A stretch of DNA of 64,000 bases, taken from contig JAQGDQ010002366.1 in the NCBI GenBank assembly GCA_030141605.1, positions 628,660 through 692,659 of the forward strand, written 5' to 3'. The position numbers were made by a program, and so were the translations under genes. Position 1 is the first letter of the stretch. Each line of letters opens with the position of its first letter. Source of the DNA: Tubiluchus corallicola. Lineage: Eukaryota > Animalia > Priapulida. Shown here piece after piece: positions 1 to 12,433 of this stretch. The notes under the pieces are model-generated. The model ran no database searches. It saw only the letters and a program-made list of their open reading frames with translations, and was not told the DNA's origin.

Positions 1-1102
1 TACTTTCAAGAGCCAAACACACAGCAATAGGTAGCCTAGCATGATTCTGTCACTTGTGGTTCTTCGGTATACCCAATCTTGAACTTGGACAAATTCTCTA
101 TTCTGACCTTGTGCTCATCTCTTATTTTTTGAAATAATAAAAATAGTAAGTTGACTGATTTTCATAACTCATTTAATGTATCGTACTGATTATTTTTTAC
201 AAATTTTCAATTTATTCAGAAAAAATTTTATGTCTATATTTACAAATAAGTTATTTTTTATTAAATTTATTAATCGTGCTTTAGTGATGAGATGTGATAG
301 TTAAATTTTACTGAAGTTTAGTAAATAAATAAATTTTGATAAATAAGCTGTTGTGTGATATTATTAATAAAGTATTTTGTCAAAGTGAGGCCAGTAAGCT
401 GGTTAACATAACAAGTGCAAGCCACTCTTTCATCTGTTATCAAAACTGCTATAAGTTAAGAACTGCACCGTAACACACTAGTGTGTAGTTTAAGCTTCAA
501 TAAAGCAGAATTAAAGGGACCGTGAAGGCTCTCATTTTGTTTGATAGCAGTGTTATTTGGTAGTTATGGCAATGATGTCGACAGTAATCCTGATCCGGAC
601 GGTAGCATCGATGATGATGATGACGTTGACGATGATGGTGGTGGTGTATGATGATGGTAATGATGATGATGATGGTGACTTTAAAGATGTGGAAGTGGCA
701 GTAATGGTGATGTCATTCTTTGTTGTCATCGTTGCTGTGACCACATAAGTGAAATAATAGCAATTCCTCGTTCAATTTTCTGGTGCAGATACTTACTCAA
801 AATTTCAAGATGACGTGAATCCCATACAAGCAAGTTTTACGTTATTTGGAACCTGATGATGCGATTAATCGCACCAACTTGTAATGATGTTCATTCGTGC
901 TTTGTGCAGTAGTATATAAAAATGCTTTTTCTCAGTGTTAATTACCATTTACTTATAACATACTAAGATATTGGGTCATATTTGTTTGATTATGGACTAT
1001 GGAAAAACCTATATATAGATTAATGCATCCCACAATGTAATTTTGTTTGTGAACAACAGCTATTGTTATAACCTCTATAACCAGGCGATTAAGAAATAAA
1101 TG

Positions 1103-1237
1103 CAATTCAACCCGTGTCACTTGTCAAGGGGGTGCACAATTCAACCTAGGTCACATGTCAATAGGGGCCACACAATTCAACACGTGTCACGGGGCTGCAC
1201 AATTCAACCCAGGTCACGTGTCACCAGGGTCCCAATT
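1103..1237. repeat. ~34-bp degenerate tandem repeat, ~4 copies
   Basis: Recurring CAATTCAACC..GTCAC.TGTCA..GGGG..CA. Confidence 0.8.
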
Positions 1238-1425
1238 CTCATATAAATATTATTAAAACACATGTAAAACGTATGTCAAATGAAAACTGAATAGCGTTGC
1301 AATTAGTTATCCTATTTGCACAGGGGATTACACGGTTTGTCTCGTGGACTTTCAGAGATAATACTTTCTTGGCAATACACACTCCTTTGTACACGTTTAA
1401 ATGTTATGCAAGACATTATTTAACA

Positions 1426-4400
1426 TCAAAAATCGGTTTTCCCAGTATGAGTATTCGTCTTATTTATAGTCCAATTGTTGCTCCCAGTTTGTAATGCATT
1501 TGTTGACGTTTTAGCTACCTTGTTAAGAAATTTAAATTTTCCTACAAAGAAGCCTAGCGAATCTTCGTCTTTTGATTTCTTTGCTGTACAACTTCTCACT
1601 AAATCTCGATGATAGTACTTGTATTTTGATATCATCCTTTTGACATAATCATCAAAAAGTGGCTTGTTTTGCTCTATATTTGCGCCGTACTTTTTTCGAT
1701 AGCTCTCCTTGTCTGTTACGATACCCTTGTGTACGAGGAAAGCGTTGTCTAACACCACGAAGGCGTAATTCTGCAAACACATTTCGAATAAATGCTGTAT
1801 TTTATCGTATCCATTGCCCCTGAATTGTTCTTCGTGCATGGGCTCTTTATTAGTACCTGAAAAAAAGATTTAAATGAATCGGAACAGACGATGAAATTAT
1901 GTGCGCCACATATAAATGCATATAATTACGCTTATAGTTTCTTGAACATTAGACATACTTGACGCCTGACAGCACGCATATTTACATCTTTTCCCAGAAC
2001 TGCTTCATTATGGAATTTCTTACTAGCACCTGCTTATATTCTCGTGCAGTTTTGTGTGATCGCTGAGAGTCCTGTACGTGTCTGGCTTCTATATCTCACG
2101 TGCATTTCATTTTAACTCATTTTCTTTTTATATAATGGCCGCACATCTAAACTTAATACACCTCAGCATACTTGCCAGAAGGCTTGTTTGACATCATTAT
2201 CAATGACAACCCTCTAAAATAAGCCACTGAACAAGCTGAGGTGCATCAGCCACGTGCGGACATATGTACACCCTCATTCTACGAGATAAACAGCCAATGT
2301 TGGTGTAGCTCATTCGTAGCATGCTCGCTTTCCACCTCGGAGGTCGCGGTTTCAACTCCAGTACGGCTGTTTCTTGGCCCAAGCGCCCGGACTATATCCT
2401 GAACGAAATTATTTTTATTATAAGGTAACATATGTATATTATATTGTTGTTTTTTAATTATAATGTTATTATTAAAAAATATCAATGATACTCTCCTGAG
2501 CAAGTATGGAACCCATGTCATTCGCATAAATCGCAGGCTCTTTACCTCCGCCACTAACTTGCCATGTAAATTAACATATACTGTTTCAGTGATAAATAAT
2601 GTTTGCTGCCATCGTGTGCAGCTATTTCACCATGTAACAGACACAGCGCCATCAGACGTCAGCGCTGATTGTTCCCTGCTAAGTAGTGCAGTATTCCAAT
2701 GAACCGTTTACTACATTATCCGTTATTACGTAATTTCCTTACTATTTTTGTGTTACACATGTTAATTTGGTGTATAGATTAGTCATTTAAATTTCAGGTA
2801 TTTTTTATAACTTTTTACGTTTCACATTTGCTGGTTACCGTTAGATTATGGGAAGTCGTGATTTAAATATTAATAATGGTTTGAAAGTTGTGCACTCATC
2901 ATAGAGGACTTTTCACTAGCTAACTATGGAGAAAAAGTGGCTTTTTAATTTTTTCTCTAGTTGGATACTGAACAAGTGGTTGTTCTAGGTTTTTAATTTG
3001 TTGAAATGCGTGTTTATCGTGTCACTTTCCACATGTCAAAACCTTTAAGTCGTTTCAGGTAGAAACACTTTGCACCGTACACCGTAGAATATTTAATTGC
3101 TGTAATTATTTAACTTCCTCATTGCGCCTTACATAATAGATTTCGCTACCAAGCAACAATTTCTCGTCTAATGGTGTTACCATGGTCAGTAAAGTAGAAT
3201 CTTGACCGGTGGAGTTGATTTAATATCTTGGCTTAATATGATTATTTGTTGCTTAACGGAGGTTAAGAAACTCAATTCGTCCTGCAGACAAACCGCTGTG
3301 AGTGCAATTCTCTCTCAAACAATTTTTTGTGATCATACAGACATACGGCGCAAACAAAAAAATGTAACATTTACTGATGATGGTACAAGCCTGCAATTAA
3401 CTTAAACTGATAACTTGAAAAACAGGAAATACGAAAAATTGGCATACAATCTATATTTGAACCAGGGCCTCTGCTTACAAAGCAGGTGCCATGATCGCTA
3501 AACTAGTCTTTGATGACGATAGCGATGACGACAGTCAACAAAGTTCCTCCCTTACAGGATACTGACCTAATCAGCATTTTCACTGTTAGATGACGCACGC
3601 TAAACTAATTCTCTCTAATTAGAGTAATTTTAATTTTGATTAATCTTCAGCTTGTGTTTATCTATTAAGATTAATTTCTAACTTACGTCTGCTCTCCTGT
3701 TTTCTAAAATAGTTGAGCCAGTATCAGCACTAACTATGACCACTGGGTTGCTAGTGGACACACAGTACAGGGCGGCAGGAAACGCTAGACTTGCTATACA
3801 AAAATTAACATAAATATAGATGTAAATGTAGTTTAGTATTTTATTTCTTATTTATTCTGTCTATGTCATGGTTTTCTCCGTTTTTATCTACTCCCTTCGG
3901 TTTCTTCTGTGCAATTGGGGAGGGAGCAATAAGTAAGTGTCTCCCCTTACATGTACCATACAATCTGAGTATATTAACTATAGGTGCCTGTAACATAAAA
4001 TGAGCTAATCTAGGACAAAATGACTTTTTCAGGTTTCTATCATAATTTTTACTATTTTCTTGAGATAATCCTGATAAACTAAAGCTGTGTTGTTAAGGAA
4101 TTGCGAAGTACAAAAAAAGGGGACAGCTGTATAAAATGTAAAATGCTGTGGTATTTAAATGCTTTGCGACGTCATTTCAAAAAATGGGGTAATGTCGGGC
4201 ACCTGCAAGTAATGTCGGACAGTTGGGCAGGGTAGCGTCGGACGTAATTAACAACTTCGTGGTTATGGCATTTGAATTCTAATAAATGGTTTGCAACATC
4301 GAGGCTGATCTGTGACGACATGAGAGAAATGTTATAGAATAGAATGGGCAAGTGCCAATGCCCTCAAAAATTGTCTCCGTGTTGGTCATCTGAGAATAAT

Positions 4401-6812
4401 ATGCACCGATGGCAGATTGCATTTAATTGTAGCTGCTGAAGTTTCCCCTTTTATTCTTCTAGTTTTCTATATTTGTAGCGTTTTTACCTGCCGTTTCGAT
4501 AATGGTTTTCCCCATGTTTCTAAAACGATCAGAGCCGTTTTATTTTTACATTTTCGCTCAAATAGCCAAAAAATCAATGTTATTTTTCTGCACAAAAAAT
4601 AATTAATTCCAACGAGAAGTCAGAAACAGAAAAATTCAAATGTTCGACATTAACCTAGGCATTCATGGTAAAGTTGGACATTAACGTAGGCCTTCATGGT
4701 AAAGTTGGACATTAACCTAGGCCTTCGTGGTAAAGTTGGAGTACTTCGGCGTGTTGTATAATAAAAGACAAACACGGTGCTTTATAAAGTGTGGCATAAA
4801 AGCATTAGGGAAGAAGTAACTTACAAAATAAACTATTTCTGAGGAAGCTGTTGTAAATAATCACTGCGGTAAGTCTATTTATCGGCAAATTAAAAAATGT
4901 TAATGCTATTATGGATAAACGTACGCACTGAGCGAGCCTGTATGTTCATAACCATAGGGCGGCTAGAAGACGAACTGTTAGGCAATAGCGAAAATGCTGT
5001 TCTAAAGATGTGACGTGGCAGTATTAACAATGAAAGGAAAAATCAACGTCCAGGTAATTTAATAGGTTTTAAGAAAACGTAAAACTCATTGTCTGACATT
5101 AGCCTATGTTCGACATTTGGCCCTATCTGTTATACTATACCTATGTAAACTGGCTCCCATGTGAATGGAATCCACTTGGTTAGGTAGAATATTTCCAGTG
5201 ATTTAGATGTTTTCCAGTCCAACCATTCTTGGTAGTAAGGTATTCCGTGACATTCTTCACACGTATTCTATAGCGGCAATAAAAACGTTTAAAGAAAAGA
5301 ATAACAAGCGTAATGTATTATTGCCCATGGCTCTGCACTGATTTTCTATTTGATCAAATATCATCATTAGTAATTGATCACTATCGTCAACATCACCATC
5401 GACGACGACGTCAAGGACGGGGTCACCTCACATAGTAATAATTTAAAATCTATAAAAAGTTATAAAAAATCATCCCTAACTATAAATGAACGGGTAGTTA
5501 TGTACAGTTATTAATCAATTATTTGGTTAACTGAAGATGTAAAGTCATTGTATGTACAGACATTTGGATGTGGCTAGGAACACTTCTGTTAGTTCAGTGT
5601 CTCATCCTTGATAGCGAATTAAGTTATTGTCCAGTCACTACCATTTACATTAACTACGTCTGAATGCTTATGTACAACACAGGCAAGATACATGCTGAGA
5701 ATGAATTCAATTGGTGAGACACTTTGCCGAGATGTAGCCACTTTCGTGGGTTCATGTTTGAATGTATCCTTTCTCGAAACCAATGTTTTACTTACATTAT
5801 GGAAGGGCACTGCGCGCTTGTTAGCCAACAGTCTCTTCAACTCCTCCTTGTCATTCGGCATCTCCTGGTTCTCGGCAATCTCAAAAAGTGGGATCACGTA
5901 GGCGACATTACCCGGTGGGTGGATATCGTTTCTGTCTATCATCTCAAAGAAGCTGTTCATCAAATTAGGAGTAGGCTTTAGTTCGATATCCACTAGCAGA
6001 ATGTGGTCAGTATAAACTGCCAGACGAGCAGTATTTCTCCCAACGTTTATAGGATACGTGCCATATTGGGACATGTCCGGACCGTCCTTAGGAGCCGCGA
6101 GCACATCGCTGCACTTAATCGTGGATTTTTGTTCTCGTTTGTGTTTGTAGGGAGGCGAGTATGTGGGGAAAAATAGAGAAACCGTAACTTTGTTGAGGAA
6201 GTTGGTTGAACAGTTTCTGTACAGTGAGATTCTGTCCATGACGAATTGAAAACTGTCACCTGGCGTATATATTGCTGCTGATATAGGTCCATCAAACCTC
6301 TCAGCAAGATCAGGTAAATGATGTAAAAACTGCCAAGACAACTGAGTTGCAATGGTCATCGACTTCTGGCGTGGGAACTCCTCATCGGATTGGATGAAAT
6401 TTAGGACTTTTGTGTAGTGAAGAATTTTATCCGTGACGGGATCGTGAAATTCTGTTTTAATGACCTCTTGAAATTTAATACTTATAAGCTTTTCCCGTTT
6501 CTGAGTAGTAGTAGATGGCACAGACTGTGATCTGGCTGCTTTTAATTTTGTCACGTCATAGTAAGTCGACATGTTTATATCACTTATGGTACTACTACGT
6601 TGGTATGTTTTATTTTGAAAACTGTTACCATCCTTGTTCGAAGCTGCTGTTGTACACTTTACCCTCATTTCACAATCAGTGTTGTTTTCGCCTACCACTA
6701 GCGCTCCTCGAATGCGAAAACCGCCAAGAAAAATAAATAAGGTTTGCAGAAAAGATACTATCAGCACTACAACCTGAACACACAGCAAGGAACGAGTCTT
6801 CATTCGAAACAT
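1426..6812 (-). CDS. B4GAT1: Beta-1,4-glucuronyltransferase 1 (B4GAT1 / GT49 family)-like type II membrane glycosyltransferase, 3 exons, ~524 aa
   Basis: Exons 5796..6812, 5141..5267 and 1426..1856 have GT-AG ends, matching phases (0, 1) and total 1575 nt. The N-terminus has a signal-anchor. GT49-type motifs are TIATQLS, FDGPISAAIY, YPINVGRNTAR, LLVDIEL (DxD-like), VIPLFE, PFHN-NTCEECH, WEPVYIG, EQFRGNGYDK and VLDNAFLVHKG. Orthology versus paralogy to B4GAT1 is not established. Confidence 0.88.
2295..2590 (+). mobile_element. tRNA-derived SINE-like element (not a functional tRNA)
   Basis: GTGTAGCTCATTCGTAGCATGCTCGCTTTCCACCTCGGAGGTCGCGGTTTCAACTCC has A/B-box-like motifs and an anticodon-like loop but no acceptor stem. 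The 3' boundary is approximate. Confidence 0.5.
4186..5124. mobile_element. Degenerate non-autonomous TIR element with doubled GTAATGTCGG-type terminal motifs, in B4GAT1-like intron 2
   Basis: Left end GGGGTAATGTCGGGC...GTAATGTCGGAC; right end GTCTGACATTAGCC...GTTCGACATTTGGCCC. Contains an internal 31-bp tandem repeat. Confidence 0.5.
4648..4740. repeat. 31-bp tandem repeat, 3 copies
   Basis: Unit CATTAACCTAGGCCTTCATGGTAAAGTTGGA. Confidence 0.9.
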
Positions 6813-7851
6813 ACTAACTCGTTTTCGCCCAAAAATGTAGAACTCAAAGCTTTGTTAAACTAAGAACAGCCGATAACTTTACTGTGTGTTGTATATTTTC
6901 AAGTTTCTTAACGTCTTTGATGCTCGACGCAAGATCTGCTGATCACTTGCACCACAAACTGGCGTTTCAAATTGGAAGGTCAAGCTATTGTTATAATTAG
7001 GAGTCGTAACATTACTTCCTACATCCATCATGATGCAACGAGCACCACTAATTACAAGCTGAAGGCAATGAGTGAACATTCACTTTAGGTATCTCAACCC
7101 TTCCATAATTTGTCTGCAACAAGTGTAGATATGTGTTTTCCCAGTTACTGTACAACCACTAGTTTAAGTGCTATTTGTTTTTCGTTAAGTAATTGTGTTA
7201 ATGCTGACGCTGTTGTTGCTGCTGCTGCTTCTGATAATAATAATGATAATGATTTATGCCCCTTATAATGGTGCTGAACATGAGGTGCAGAAAGAGGAAG
7301 AGGAAGACTACTTCAGAACAGCAATGAGTGCGGTAACAGCAGCGAGAATTTTGTGCAAAAAGAACACCAACCCTCACTTCTATTATACTGGCCTACAAAT
7401 GTAGGAAGTACATCAAACCTACCTTCTTACTAAATAATTTTAATCTCACAAAAGTTTAATCTCATACGTCTACGGCTGTGCGTGATCGATTTAAAAACGT
7501 AGTTTACGAACAAAAGAAAGAAAACTCATAAAGCGTTTACTATTCTAAATATCAACAACTAACCAATTATTTATTTGCGAATAAAGGTAATCAAACTAGA
7601 AACGCTAAATAAAACTTTTATGGCTAACATTACAACATAACTCTTCAAATATATTACGCAAAAATTGTTGATTACAACGTTACATGGTCATATGCAATTT
7701 GGTAATCTCACGCTTTTAAATATTTAACGTACAACGATGTTAAAAATGGTAAAACAAATAATGTACGGTTATATATATATCCTACATTGGCTTAGATTCA
7801 GGCACTAGAAGCTACAAATATCAAGCACTGCTGCCAATGAAAAATCGATCA

Positions 7852-10675
7852 TTACAAAAGTAACATAATGAGTGTAACAGCCACCAGCCATAACGTCCTT
7901 TGATTACTATTGCCTAAAAAGAAAATTAATAATTAATTAAAATTGAGCTCGTAATTAAATTATTAAGTTGAAAGTAAAACCCGAATTATTTAAACAGGGG
8001 TTAAAATTGCTGTAGTAAAAAATTAAGTTTCGCATTAAATGTCACATTATAATTTCTAGCAATTGACTTTGCTAACCTGAAGTTGAAATCATTTACAACT
8101 TATTATTTTCGAGTTTATTAATAATTCATTACATTTTTGAAAAAAGAAAACATAGAAAGGTAAGCAAAAATTATTTACTAAGCATTTATTATAACAGTGC
8201 TATATGTAAACAGTTTTGTAAGTTGATATGTTTCCTACTTCAATTTCACAGCTTCAACATCTGCTCAATATATGTGAAAATTTTGCTTTAGAAAATATTA
8301 TGCTATAGCTCTGATAAGAGGATAATGCTTATATTCCATATCCAGAAGATATGCTGATCTCTTGTGTTCCAGCGTGATTCTAAATGGTTCTAATGTTAAT
8401 TTTGTTATTGACCAGAAATATTTGGGTTACAGGTCGACTAACACTGATGGCAACACATTACATGATGCTCTTGATAATAAACATCAACGTTGTTTATTAT
8501 GTACAAGAGGACTCTATAATCTTTCTAGTCGCTGTAGCGCAAGCCAAATGTATGTCAGCTACAATGTACGTAGTTTTCCTGCACATGTAGGAAAGCTGTG
8601 TTCAGTCTCAGAAGTAGGCTGTCTCTTTTGGGCCAGAATACTGTTACTGTATTAATAACTTTCTGATATTAGTATTAATAACGTACAATACTGATAAAAT
8701 TTTTAGTTCGAACAGTTTTAAGTTTTAACTTAAAAGAGAATTTTGATATACCTTTCTAACTAACCTTTTCTTGTGTATAAGCTTATTATGTTTCTGTAAA
8801 CTAACTCTGTGCTTGTTTTACTTGTTTTTACTTGTGCTTTATTTTTATTCTTGTTTTATGGCCTTTAAATGTCTGAAATAAAATAAATAATAATAATGTG
8901 GTACCACACTTCCAGGATACTCAATATTATACAATAATATAAATGAAGAACATTACCAGTGGAACGACATTGGTAAGTGGAACACGTAGTACACTTGGTC
9001 AGAGCTCGAATCTTAATTCCTTCAAGTTCTACTGGTTTGCTACAGACGCCCAAGGCAGTGTTTGATTCCCAGTTCCATTCAGAGCTCCAGAGCCAGTGAA
9101 GTCCACAGTCACAGATTAAAGGATTGCCTAATGCGTAACAAGAAATAAATAATATGCACGTCATAATGATGGTACAAACTCACAGCTAATCATACTTTGG
9201 CACGAAATTTGAAAAACAGAACAGGAAAAAAGTTGAAATATAATCTGGATTTATACCAACGACCTTCGATTTACAAGACAGACGCAGTGGTCAAGGCAAG
9301 TCCAAATAGCCAATGTCATCCCCTATATTTGCGCAACTAAATCGATTTCCAACTTTTTTACGCTTCCTGTCTTTTGAGTTCATTGCGCGTTTATACCTTT
9401 ATTTATAATAACCTTGACATTAAGATTACTATAATTATATATATCGCAGTATAATGAAAATTCCATCTTTATCTCTTAACATAACAAAATCTGTATAAAA
9501 TTACATTAGCTTATTTCGTAAACTGCGTTGATGGAAATCTAGCTAAATATTTAAAGCTGTCGGAAGTTTGAACACATTTGCAATTTTAATAGAACGTTTT
9601 TAATCGTGTTAGTTAAAAAACTGTAGTTTATTAAAAAATAACTCAACGTCAGCAGTTAGTTGAATTTTTTGGGCTACTCTTGCTTGAGTAGTAACTTTAT
9701 AAAGCTGTCTCTTTCGCTGTGTTGTTGTTCTAGTTCTGGTTGTTCACGCGCAATAAGTTTTTATTTTCTGACGTCACAGTAAAGTTACTCTGCATTCTAT
9801 GCTTTTACGATCAAATGGATTCAACGTAAAACGATAAATAGCTAGTTGGGCAGAAAGAAGTCAATAAGCGAATAACTCAATGCTTCGCATTGTAGATTAG
9901 TCATTTAGAGAAAAATAAATAGAACTTTGCTTTAATTAAGTGTTCCGCGGTGATAACTTAATGTGCTGACTTCAACATATATACACGCCTTCGCTTAATC
10001 ATCTGTTTATTGCAGTAACAAACAATTTTAATGTTTTTGATACATTATCTTTACATTAAATACAACAAACTCACCTTCGATATTTAGTGAGATTGATTTT
10101 GTCTGAATGTCAGGGTGAAACATTGGCTTGCTTATGCGAGATATGTTGTTGTTCTTCAATTGCAACGAATCTAAGTTTGGAAGGGTTGACAGATCAAGAT
10201 TAACGGACTCTACGCTGGGACTGTTGACTATAGAGATCTCGTACAGACGAGTTAGCGATATGAATGCTCTGGCATCAATCGAAGTTACATTGACCTTGTC
10301 GAAACTAAGTGAAGTTGTTCCCTTGACACCAAGAAATGTCTTCTCAGTCAACTGCAAACCCTTTTTGTTACTTTCCAGGCTAAATTTCTCCACCGTTTTT
10401 CCATACAGAAACTTTTCTGGTAAGGCATCCCCCTTGTAGTAGACGAGATATAGTTCCCCAATTGGTTGATCGAGTCCCTTCACTGCCCGTTTTAACTGCG
10501 ATTCAGTAAGATAATTACAGATGATTTGAGGATTATTGTCAGAGTATGATTCCTCGCAAGTGCAACCCGCGTAGATGTAGTCAAATTTTCGACATTTTCT
10601 GATTACTTTACTTCTACATGGTAAAACGCACAAGAGTACGGCGAATAAACACAAATAGAAACACTTCGTCTCCAT
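7852..10675 (-). CDS. Small extracellular leucine-rich repeat protein (signal peptide, Cys-rich N-cap, ~4-5 LRRs, LRRCT, hydrophobic C-terminus suggesting a GPI anchor), 3 exons, ~277 aa
   Basis: Exons 10075..10675, 8957..9127 and 7852..7913, both introns phase 1, total 834 nt. Signal peptide METKCFYLCLFAVLLCVLPC; LRR LPNLDSLQLKNNNISRI; LRRCT GNPLICDCGLHWL...CSKPVELEG; C-terminus RSTGNSNQRTLWLVAVTLIMLLL*. Confidence 0.85.
8340..8660 (+). mobile_element. Degraded LINE reverse-transcriptase C-terminal remnant
   Basis: LNGSNVNFVIDQKYLG...QRCLLCTRG...SRCS resembles the KYLG region of LINE RT. Located in LRR gene intron 2. Confidence 0.45.
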
Positions 10676-11260
10676 TACGCCAGATGTGTGTGACAAGCTA
10701 ACAACCAAAATGTTATAAGTGGCTTCACTTACCTCCACTTCAGAAGTACTTGCTGAAATATTTGTGTTCCTTTAGATTTTGCGCAGATGCCCCAAGTGGG
10801 CTTCCAAACAGGGGGCGGTTCCACATTTCCCACATTTCACCCTTCAAAACCATCAGTATTACATATATCCATATTCAGAGTTCATACCATTAGCATATGT
10901 AAATCATGTAAACATACTAATGTTGTAAGTTTCAACTGCAATCAATACATGGTGGTTTTATGCTCTTTGTGATTAAATTTTGTTTCGAATGCTTAGTTAG
11001 TTCAATTTAGTTCTTAATTTTTTACAGTTCTTTGTTTTAGTAGGCTTTAAAAGTTTATAACAAAATATTATAAAAATAGTTCCTAATGCTTGTTTAGTAT
11101 AAATTAAGTTGTTAAATTTGTTTAGTTAAGTGTATATGTGTTTGCCTTTATGTATTCATTTCTAAATGTTTGTCGTGTGATCTGCTACTTAATTATATGT
11201 AAACTTTACTAATTTTAAGTGGATTGACGTACATTAACATTACTGACCAAACGTATTTCC

Positions 11261-11670
<410 letters not shown>

Positions 11671-12433
11671 AAGCATGACTAAAACGCCAATAAAAACCTG
11701 TTTACAAGCAGTTACGGTGTTCATTTTATATGGGTGCATGTGTACGTACATGTGTGTTTTTGAAAAATTAAATATTGTTTGAAAATAAGGTAGGTCCCGG
11801 TGAGAGATTAACGTAGCGAAACAGCCCACCGTGCATTGCTACGTGAAACCATGGTGCATGATGTGTTTTGACTTTTACTATAGCTTCTAAAACTGGTTTA
11901 TTCAAATTGAACTTGTCAGGGTATGTAAAACTATGAGCTACGCTTTTCGGCGGTGATTGAAACACAAAACTGTTACGTGTAGAAGCAGCTCTAGGGAAAA
12001 CTTAGAAGCGAGAAATGCAATCCTTTATAAATGTAGTACCATTGGTAAGAAAAAACTGAAGTGTTTGTGCGTATTATTAAACGTCGTATAAATAATAACT
12101 TCTTTACGAAAAGTTTTGAAGTAGGATAGCGCAAAAATATTGACGTTATTTATTATAACTTGTGCAATCCTAATTGGACTAATTTCCTTAATCTTAGAAA
12201 TAATTCATCTTATAAATTATGCCCTGAGTTAGTCACCACAGCATGTGCATATTATTACAATATGCGCCTATACTCTTGCAACACCTGCGACAGATGCCTA
12301 TACCACATTATTATACAACACAAGATAAGAATTTAACATCTAAAATGCAGATCAGCTATGATTCTCAACGGCACGCGACACTTGAAAATTCGTAGAATGA
12401 TGTGATTGTGCATTAGAGAATTAGAATTTTGCA

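Noticed and set aside
553-748. 63-aa ORFs on both strands
   Set aside because: Low-complexity (GAT/GGT)n sequence.
853-885. Hammerhead at CTGATGA-TGCGATTAATCGCA
   Set aside because: A stem II-like hairpin is present but the GAAA box is missing (CCAAC follows).
2300-2375. Functional tRNA-Gly(TCC) gene
   Set aside because: No acceptor stem and a defective T-loop; treated as a SINE head.
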